IMG/VR virus record: IMGVR_UViG_3300046787_000604
Span: 1,752-65,751 of that record
From: a virus
Taxonomy: Duplodnaviria > Caudoviricetes
DNA length: 64,000 bases
Strand: one strand, 5' to 3'
Position 1 is the stretch's first letter. Every line of letters begins with the position of its first letter. A program made the position numbers and the translations under genes. The notes beneath the pieces are model-generated. The model was not told the DNA's origin and searched no databases. It was given only the letters and a program-made list of their open reading frames with translations. Below are positions 57,560 through 64,000 of this stretch, piece after piece.

Positions 57560-58476
57560 TAATAAATTTTATTTAAGACAAAAATATCTGAATAGATAGA
57601 GTTTCCAGTGTTATTAGACCCCCACTCTACGGTAATATCTAAAGTATTACTAACCGTAGTATCAAAAGTTGAGTTGTTCACAGTATTAAAAGAGAATCCT
57701 TCAACAGTTCCATTACTTGTTTTTGTATAATGGAATGCACCTAAAGTTACAATTGACGCAATACCAGGTCCCCCAATCTGTCTTATTGTGAAATTAATCG
57801 ATAATCCCCAAATATCGTTAGTTATATTTGTTATTGCCTGAGTACCACTATCTAATAATATTACTGAACCAGCCTTAACCCTAATTCTAATTGTTTGATT
57901 ATTACCGACATTCAACACTCCCGCCATATCAACCCTAAAACTGTCTCCAACTGTAAATCCACTTGCGGGTACGGATAAAGTTCCAACACCTCCGTCAATT
58001 AAAGTTGATTCAGTTGTTGTCCCGCTAACAGTAATACTATTCCCTGTTTGAGAAAATAACCCATAGACAAATGGGTATGGTGGTGTTGGAGCCGATGTTC
58101 CACTTGTTCCTGATGTTCCGTCAATTCCGCTCGTTCCTGAAGTTCCATCAATTCCACTTGTTCCTGATGTTCCGCTTGTTCCTGATGTTCCTGATGTTCC
58201 TGATGTTCCGTCAATTCCGCTCGTTCCTGAAGTTCCATCAATTCCGCTTGTTCCTGATGTTCCGTCAATTCCGCTTGTTCCTGATGTTCCGTCAATTCCG
58301 CTCGTTCCTGAAGTTCCACTAGTTCCTGTTGAACCTGAAAACTGTTCAGTTAATGCTGAAAAATATATTTTATTAGTTATTCCTGATGGGTCTACATCAT
58401 AGTTCACAATAGCCATCCAAGATTCTGGTTGTCCTGATATTGCTAATGGTAATTGGGATATTGGTAAATTTGGCAT
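57559..58476 (-). CDS. Collagen-like (Gly-Thr-Ser/Gly-Ile-Asp) fibre protein with C-terminal beta-sandwich
   Basis: N-terminal LPISQLP, about 27 uninterrupted G-X-Y triplets, then a ~175-aa beta-rich head. Confidence 0.8.
   Translation of the reverse strand: MPNLPISQLPLAISGQPESWMAIVNYDVDPSGITNKIYFSALTEQFSGSTGTSGTSGTSGIDGTSGTSGIDGTSGTSGIDGTSGTSGIDGTSGTSGTSGTSGTSGTSGIDGTSGTSGIDGTSGTSGTSAPTPPYPFVYGLFSQTGNSITVSGTTTESTLIDGGVGTLSVPASGFTVGDSFRVDMAGVLNVGNNQTIRIRVKAGSVILLDSGTQAITNITNDIWGLSINFTIRQIGGPGIASIVTLGAFHYTKTSNGTVEGFSFNTVNNSTFDTTVSNTLDITVEWGSNNTGNSIYSDIFVLNKIY
58093..58335 (-). repeat. 9/27-nt coding tandem repeat (GTS/GID triplets)
   Basis: Repeating plus-strand units such as gttcctgat / gttccgtcaattccgct. 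Confidence 0.9.
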
Positions 58477-58502
58477 TTTCTTTTTATTTTATAAATATGT
58501 TT

Positions 58503-61500
58503 TTATAGTCCGTATTTGGATTTATCTGCGTTGAAGTTTTGTAATACTTGGGATGAAGTAAGAGCTGAGTTATACAAACGTGTTATACCAATTTTTCCAT
58601 CAAACCATTGAGAGTACTCCCCTCCATTATAACTACCTATGTAAAGTGGTCTAACAGTATTTAATATACTTGGTAAACTATGACTTACAGTTCCAATACT
58701 CACACCATTAACAAAAGTTTGGAGTGTGTTTGCCGTAATATTTGTAAACACATAAACTATTTGGTACCACGTACCAATTGTTCCGACTTTAAGTGAGCTG
58801 TCAATATATAAAGATGACCCAGAACCACTACCCGAACCTAATTGAGCGTAGTAAGTGGTATTAGTTGTTCTAATACTGTAACTAACATCTTGAGTTAACC
58901 CACCATTATCAAACTTTCCAAGTACTACGTCATTACCCAATACAGATTGGTTAACCCAAACCTCCATTGTCCAGTCACCACTTCCTGGTTCTAATAGCGT
59001 ATTATCAGCAATTTGGATTTGTGATGAGGTTCCATTATATGTGAAGTATGGTGATGTAAATGTAATGTTGGACATTGTTCCATTTAATCCATTACCCGAC
59101 AAGTCATTTATTACAGTACCAGTTCCTGAATATGAACTTGAATTACTTGGGTCATAATAAAGAACTAAATTACTTAAAACGGGTGACGAAGTTGCGGTAG
59201 ATGTTGGCGTAGTCGTTGTTGTAGGTGTTACGGTTGGAGTTGAAGTTTGAGTTGTAGTGACTGTAGGTGTTGGAGTTGGGGTAGGTACTTCGATATAAAG
59301 ACCATACCCGTCTTCCTGTAATAACATGAAGTAATCCTCTTGTAACAAGAAGTTATTGTCAGGTAAGGTTGGTGTTGGAGTAGATGTTTCTGTCGGAGTT
59401 GGTGTAGGCGTTTCACTCTCAGTTGGAGTAACCGTTGGTGTTGAAGTTTGAGTCACAGTAGGACTTGGTGTTGGAGTTGAGGTTTCCGTATTTGTAGGTG
59501 TTGTGGTAGGTGTTTCAGTTGGGGTTGAGGTCGAAGTTGTGGTAGGTGTTGGGGTTGGAGTCTCAGTTTCGGTATTAGTTGGGGTATTAGTTGGAGTTTC
59601 TGTCGGTGTCTCGGTTGGTGTTGGGGTTTGAGTTGCGGTTGCAGTCGGAGTTAACCCTTCAGTAGCTGTCACACTTGGAGTTGGAGTTTGAGTTGCTGTT
59701 TCCGTATTTGTTGGTGTTGGAGTTGAGTTTTCCGTATTTGTAGGTGTTGGTGTCTCAGTACTTGTAGGGGTTGGAGTCGCGGTTTCCGTATTTGTTGGCG
59801 TTGACGTTTGAGTATTTGTTGGGGTTGGTGTTTCAGTACTTGTAGGGGTTGGAGTTGACGTTTGTGTTAAGGTGGGAGTTGGAGTCGATGTTTGTGTTGA
59901 CGTTTGAGTCGGCGTTTGAGTTGCCGTTTCGGTATTAGTTGGTGTATTAGTCGGAGTATTAGTTGGAGTTGTTGTAGGCGTAACTGTTGGGCAAGGATAG
60001 AAATTATAAGTTAAATCATTATTAGGTATTAAGATTCTACAATTAACACAATTAGGGTCTAATAGGTCGTATTTGTTTTTTAATAATCTAAAGTTGTGTT
60101 TAATTTGTGAAGCATTTAATGGTTCGGTATACATTCTAAATGCACTGATGTCACCAATCATACTACCACCAAAAATTTCTTCTAATCTAATATTAGTGGT
60201 AAGTCCTGAATATTCTGTATGGTCAAGGTCGTTAGTTGTTAAACATTCCGGGTCTTGTTGATAAACCATATCATTCAAGTCCACAGGGCATCCACCTGAA
60301 AATGTTAAGTTATCATGAAGTCCTTGGGTCCCCCCACCTAATGAAATATTATACCCAACCCCAATTTGTTTTTCTTTTGGAGTGTTAAGTAATCTTGGGA
60401 TAATTTCTTCAAAGTTTTCCGCAACCAAGAACAATTTACCATTCACATAGAATTTCATTGTCCCTAATCTAAACTTTTCTTCAGCAGTCCAATTATCATT
60501 AAAGGTAACCACTTCGGTTGTTGCTGGGTCATATTTCTCTTGATGAGTTGTTGGTGGTTCAATTAAACTAATACTATTATTTGCAGTTGTTGCAGTATAA
60601 ACATCTTTTACTAGTAGACCTAATCCACCCATATTGTATAGTTCACAAGTATCAAACCATTCGTTTCTTTGGAATACAGCATCAATCTGAGCCCAATGTT
60701 CAACATTTGAATAAGTTGTACCACTACAGTCATCAAAAATCCCCCTTGTTGAGCACCATTCTGTTACTGATGTTCCGGTAGTATAAGTAATCCCTGTTAA
60801 ACAAGTTCCTGTAGTCTCACATCCACCAGTAATTCTATACGTCTTAACACATAATCTTGGACTTCCGGTATCACCACTTAATCTTAAAGATAACGCATTT
60901 GAAACACCGTCATATAATGGGTCTGTTTCCGGGTATTGTGCAGTAACCGCACAAGAACAAGGACACCCACAACTACAATTATATGATGTACCACCCGATT
61001 GTTGATAAACTTTCAAACAATCGTGAGGATTACTATCCAATAAACCACAAGCACAAGTATCCATACAAGTTAAACCTGAAGTAACTCTTGTATAACCCGA
61101 ATCTTGTTTTGGAGAACCATCCGGATAATGATAAAATTTGTTCTCGGCTCTCGCACCCATATAAAAGAAAGTTCCTTTATTTTCCGGGTATCTAACATTT
61201 AGACCAACTGAGGTATCCCCTGTCCATCGATATCTCAACATAAATTCGGCACTCCAACCTAAATTTGGTCTTTGTGGGAATACTTGGTAATCATAACCAG
61301 CAACTTTGTAAAATCCTTGGAAAAACCCACCACTCAAATTCGCAACGTATCCAATATCACCTCCAATATTTGAGTAAGATAAATCGTATGAATAAGAGTT
61401 ATCATCCCATAATCTATTTTCTGATGTTGTGAACCCTGTGATTGGGTGCATCTTCATCCTTCTATCATATTTGTATCTACTAAACTTATCCAAATCATCT

Positions 61501-61889
61501 TCGTAAAGACCTGTATTGATTTGAATTGTTTCTCCGGACATATTTTGAACAAGTCCATTGTCTATACCCGTTAAACCAACATCGCATAAATCAGTGATGA
61601 TTGGACAAAAGTTTGGGTCAATGTTATCAGGATTCCAATAATTTTCTGAAACAATAGTATCATTATCAAAATCACAAGAACCATCTTGACATCTTGTTGT
61701 TCCTGAACTATTAAAATTAAACTTGAACGGCATACGATTACCGTCATCCTCACCAATCAATAACGGTGAGAATACAACCTCTTGGTCATAGTCTTTTTCG
61801 TCTGAAGCAAGACAAATATCGGTGATTTCATTCGCCGGTTTTAGACCCCATCGTCTAAAATTATACTGATTAATGTTTTGATATGCCAT
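58503..61889 (-). CDS. Large virion protein: Cys-rich LamG-like region, long mucin-like Thr/Pro stalk, C-terminal LamG/ConA lectin domain
   Basis: Start revised to ATG 61889. [23 protein letters not shown] marks the first LamG end; C-terminal [13 protein letters not shown]...[24 protein letters not shown]. Confidence 0.8.
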   Translation of the reverse strand: MAYQNINQYNFRRWGLKPANEITDICLASDEKDYDQEVVFSPLLIGEDDGNRMPFKFNFNSSGTTRCQDGSCDFDNDTIVSENYWNPDNIDPNFCPIITDLCDVGLTGIDNGLVQNMSGETIQINTGLYEDDLDKFSRYKYDRRMKMHPITGFTTSENRLWDDNSYSYDLSYSNIGGDIGYVANLSGGFFQGFYKVAGYDYQVFPQRPNLGWSAEFMLRYRWTGDTSVGLNVRYPENKGTFFYMGARAENKFYHYPDGSPKQDSGYTRVTSGLTCMDTCACGLLDSNPHDCLKVYQQSGGTSYNCSCGCPCSCAVTAQYPETDPLYDGVSNALSLRLSGDTGSPRLCVKTYRITGGCETTGTCLTGITYTTGTSVTEWCSTRGIFDDCSGTTYSNVEHWAQIDAVFQRNEWFDTCELYNMGGLGLLVKDVYTATTANNSISLIEPPTTHQEKYDPATTEVVTFNDNWTAEEKFRLGTMKFYVNGKLFLVAENFEEIIPRLLNTPKEKQIGVGYNISLGGGTQGLHDNLTFSGGCPVDLNDMVYQQDPECLTTNDLDHTEYSGLTTNIRLEEIFGGSMIGDISAFRMYTEPLNASQIKHNFRLLKNKYDLLDPNCVNCRILIPNNDLTYNFYPCPTVTPTTTPTNTPTNTPTNTETATQTPTQTSTQTSTPTPTLTQTSTPTPTSTETPTPTNTQTSTPTNTETATPTPTSTETPTPTNTENSTPTPTNTETATQTPTPSVTATEGLTPTATATQTPTPTETPTETPTNTPTNTETETPTPTPTTTSTSTPTETPTTTPTNTETSTPTPSPTVTQTSTPTVTPTESETPTPTPTETSTPTPTLPDNNFLLQEDYFMLLQEDGYGLYIEVPTPTPTPTVTTTQTSTPTVTPTTTTTPTSTATSSPVLSNLVLYYDPSNSSSYSGTGTVINDLSGNGLNGTMSNITFTSPYFTYNGTSSQIQIADNTLLEPGSGDWTMEVWVNQSVLGNDVVLGKFDNGGLTQDVSYSIRTTNTTYYAQLGSGSGSGSSLYIDSSLKVGTIGTWYQIVYVFTNITANTLQTFVNGVSIGTVSHSLPSILNTVRPLYIGSYNGGEYSQWFDGKIGITRLYNSALTSSQVLQNFNADKSKYGL
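59185..59990 (-). repeat. Low-complexity coding repeat for (TP/TN/TE/TQ)n tract
   Basis: About 260 codons dominated by ACN/CCN, interrupted once by [14 protein letters not shown]. Confidence 0.9.
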
Positions 61890-61897
61890 ATACAATT

Positions 61898-61926
61898 GAT
61901 AAATACCTTCATTCGTAGTATTTATA
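61898..61926. promoter_or_regulatory. Back-to-back TATTTAT motifs for divergent genes (representative of the recurrent late-promoter-like motif)
   Basis: Minus strand TATTTATC (61898-61905) precedes ATG 61889; plus strand TATTTATA (61919-61926) precedes ATG 61941. Confidence 0.7.
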
Positions 61927-61940
61927 GTTAAAAAGAATAG

Positions 61941-62756
61941 ATGATTACCGTAGACACAGAATTTTTTTCATCACCGTATTATTTTCTTCTTAGAGATAAA
62001 GGAGACAAATATTCCTTGTATTTCTCTGCAGAGGAGACTTTAACCGAGGCTCGTAAAAAAGATGAGGTTATCCACTTTGATAAAAAGAAGGGTAAAAAGG
62101 TTAAAAATTATTTGGAAAAAACCGTAAAAGATAAAAAAAAGAAATCCACTAAAACAATTAAAACTGATTTGGAAGAATTGGTTAATGCTGATGGTGCGAT
62201 GTCTAACTCAGCAATTCCAATTCTTGACCCAAAACTTCACCCAAAGAAAACAATGGACCAAACCGTTTCAATGGCTCGTATTACTAATGACCCAATTTCT
62301 CGTGGTTATAGAAGTTATTATGGTGAGTCTGTTGAAGAAGAAGTTACTGAAATTGATATGTCAGGAGCTTTTGGTTATGAAGAAACTGAAGATATGGATG
62401 GACCGGAAACGTACAAATATTTTGTTGAAAAATTAGGTATGGAAGAAGAAGACGCAAAAGAAAGAGTTAAGCAACAAGGTAAAGATTGGACAGGTAAGAA
62501 AGACAAAAACTCTGAATATTCTGAAGACCCGAATTTTATCACAAGAGCAACTCTTTCAGAAATCCAAAAACAAAAAGCGATTAAAGTTGTTGAGGATTTA
62601 TTGGTTAAGAAAAAATCATCTGATAATGCCGATGTCACAAAGAAAGACCTTGAAACATCAAGAATGTTGAAAAGGAATTTATCAGTGTTAAAAAAACAAG
62701 CAGAGAAAGAAGGTATTTCAGTTGCTGAATTAATTAAAATGTTGAAAAGTGAATAA
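61941..62756 (+). CDS. Charged hypothetical protein (possible internal head protein)
   Basis: 271-aa Lys/Glu-rich ORF with LTE/VTE/LSE motifs, downstream of TATTTATA. Confidence 0.7.
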   Translation: MITVDTEFFSSPYYFLLRDKGDKYSLYFSAEETLTEARKKDEVIHFDKKKGKKVKNYLEKTVKDKKKKSTKTIKTDLEELVNADGAMSNSAIPILDPKLHPKKTMDQTVSMARITNDPISRGYRSYYGESVEEEVTEIDMSGAFGYEETEDMDGPETYKYFVEKLGMEEEDAKERVKQQGKDWTGKKDKNSEYSEDPNFITRATLSEIQKQKAIKVVEDLLVKKKSSDNADVTKKDLETSRMLKRNLSVLKKQAEKEGISVAELIKMLKSE

Positions 62757-63225
62757 AGACCTATATAACTCATCCAAAGGTGAAATTGAATTCCCAAAAG
62801 ACAAACAGGAACATATGAAAAAATGTTTCCATATGGTTAAGGGCGCCGATGAAAACACTGAAGGATTCAACCGTAATAAAGAATTACAAACCAAAAATTA
62901 TATTGATTACAAACAATTAAAAAGGATTAAAAACTTTTTTGATAATTTCATTGGAAATCAAAATGAACCTTCATTTATATTGAATGGTGGTGTCTTAATT
63001 AAAAATTGGGTTAATGATGAATTACGTAAGATGAGAGAATACGGTCACTTAACTAAGAAAAATAAAATGGATGCCGGTATGCAAAACGCATTCATCAAAC
63101 CTCACGAGAAAAAAGATTTTACAAATGTGAGAAAATCTCAAGAACACTCAAAAACTGTTGAACGATATGATGAAGCGGTTATGGAGAGTTTGAAAAGAAT
63201 AAATGAAATAATGATTAAACTATAA
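62749..63225 (+). CDS. Hypothetical protein
   Basis: 158-aa ORF overlapping the previous gene; ends VMESLKRINEIMIKL. Confidence 0.7.
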   Translation: MNKDLYNSSKGEIEFPKDKQEHMKKCFHMVKGADENTEGFNRNKELQTKNYIDYKQLKRIKNFFDNFIGNQNEPSFILNGGVLIKNWVNDELRKMREYGHLTKKNKMDAGMQNAFIKPHEKKDFTNVRKSQEHSKTVERYDEAVMESLKRINEIMIKL

Positions 63226-63227
63226 CC

Positions 63228-63527
63228 ATGGCTAACGAAATTACAATTGATTTATCACAAAATGTTGATAATAGTCTTACGGCAATTGCCGATATGGAAA
63301 GAGCAAAATTAATACCTAAGAACGATTTTAATGCTGTAGGTAACCAATACTCGGCAGTAAATAAAGACGCAACATCTGACGGTGATTCTATGGGTAGAGG
63401 TACTGGTGTTTTTCTTGATGTTTATAATACATCTGCAGGAACATCTGACGATGTCCTTGAAAGAAAAAATGAAATTAAGATTAATAAATTCAACCCATCA
63501 AAACCATACCCTAACTTTCAAGCTTAA
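63228..63527 (+). CDS. Hypothetical protein
   Basis: 99-aa ORF, coupled by TAATG overlap to the next gene. Confidence 0.7.
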   Translation: MANEITIDLSQNVDNSLTAIADMERAKLIPKNDFNAVGNQYSAVNKDATSDGDSMGRGTGVFLDVYNTSAGTSDDVLERKNEIKINKFNPSKPYPNFQA

Positions 63528-64000
63528 TGAAATTACAAGAATCTCTTAAAGGTTTAATTTTAGAAATTGCTTCTATTGAAAGTGTCGTTGACTCAATCAA
63601 AAAGAAACAAGTTGTCGTATTATATTATACCGGTGACGCTCCGGGTGGAGATGGTTTAAGAACCATTGAGCCTGTATGTCTTGGTGTAAGTAAAGCCGGC
63701 AATAAAGTTTTAAGAGCTTGGGATTATGAAGGGGCATCTCATACCGCAACATTAGGGACCCAACCTTTACCGGGATGGAGACTTTTTAGATTAGACAAAA
63801 TAACTTCATACAAACCAAACGGACAAGTCTTTACTGAAATGAGACCAAATTTTAACCCTAATGGTGATAGAAGTATGGTATCAATTATTACGTTGGCAAA
63901 CTTTAACCAACCAGCACAACCTTCTGTAATACCTCAAGAATTACAACAACCTCAACAAACTCCTGAAACACCTCAACCTAATAACGACGCAATCATTGAT
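63527..64000 (+). CDS. WYL-domain protein, truncated at the right edge
   Basis: Manual translation MKLQESLKGLILEIASIESVVDSIKKKQVVVLYYTGD...RTIEPVCLG...VLRAWDYEG...GWRLFRLDKI, followed by a Q/P-rich linker. Confidence 0.8.
   Translation, partial: MKLQESLKGLILEIASIESVVDSIKKKQVVVLYYTGDAPGGDGLRTIEPVCLGVSKAGNKVLRAWDYEGASHTATLGTQPLPGWRLFRLDKITSYKPNGQVFTEMRPNFNPNGDRSMVSIITLANFNQPAQPSVIPQELQQPQQTPETPQPNNDAIID

Larger units (their letters stand above)
1..64000. mobile_element. Fragment of a large myovirus (T4-superfamily-like, possibly jumbo) phage genome
   Basis: Sheath, tube, baseplate, neck and tape-measure genes occur together with a phage replisome (PolB, DnaB, RecA/UvsX, SSB, RNR). No host housekeeping genes and no integrase were seen. 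Confidence 0.95.

Noticed and set aside
57999-58322. Repetitive ORFs MELQERAELTEHQEQ... (-) and MFRQFRSFLKFH... (+)
   Set aside because: These are alternative-frame and antisense shadows of the GTS collagen-like repeat in 57559..58476.
58093-58335. Tandem repeats as a possible CRISPR array
   Set aside because: Units are 9/27-nt in-frame coding repeats with no unique spacers, and no cas genes are present.
1-64000. Stop-codon reassignment, as seen in some large phages
   Set aside because: Standard-code ORFs tile the window densely and conserved enzymes are full length.
1-64000. tRNA or rRNA genes
   Set aside because: Intergenic gaps are short and AT-rich and no cloverleaf was recognised by eye; tRNAscan-SE would be needed to exclude them formally.

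Overview
The whole 64-kb window reads as a fragment of a large, AT-rich, contractile-tailed (T4-superfamily-like) bacteriophage genome in the standard genetic code. Most genes are on the minus strand. Shine-Dalgarno motifs are not evident and the class Ia RNR looks Bacteroidota/eukaryote-like, which suggests a Bacteroidota host (inference). From left to right: baseplate genes; a replication/recombination block (nrdAB, DnaB-type helicase, 5'-3' exonuclease, RecA/UvsX, SSB) containing a Tad1-like anti-defence sponge; giant baseplate hub and tube-initiator proteins, tape measure, tail chaperone, tube, sheath and neck genes; a SNF2 helicase; a SOD fused to a nuclease-like domain; a family B DNA polymerase; six tandem glycosyltransferase genes; a cluster of Thr/Pro mucin-like, Gly-Thr-Ser collagen-like and beta-helical fibre genes; and a WYL protein at the right edge. 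The most striking candidate system is a phage-encoded mucin-type protein O-glycosylation pathway: a GT60 initiator plus elongating GTs, including a GT10 fucosyltransferase, beside its likely Thr/Ser-rich virion substrates. Other notable signals are a probable +1 frameshift (UUU_CGU) in the tail chaperone, a recurrent TATTTAT late-promoter motif, a CTAGTT repeat array behind an antisense sigma70-type promoter, and shared (I/L)xE maturation motifs on putative head-packaged proteins. All assignments come from motif recognition by eye; no database searches were run.
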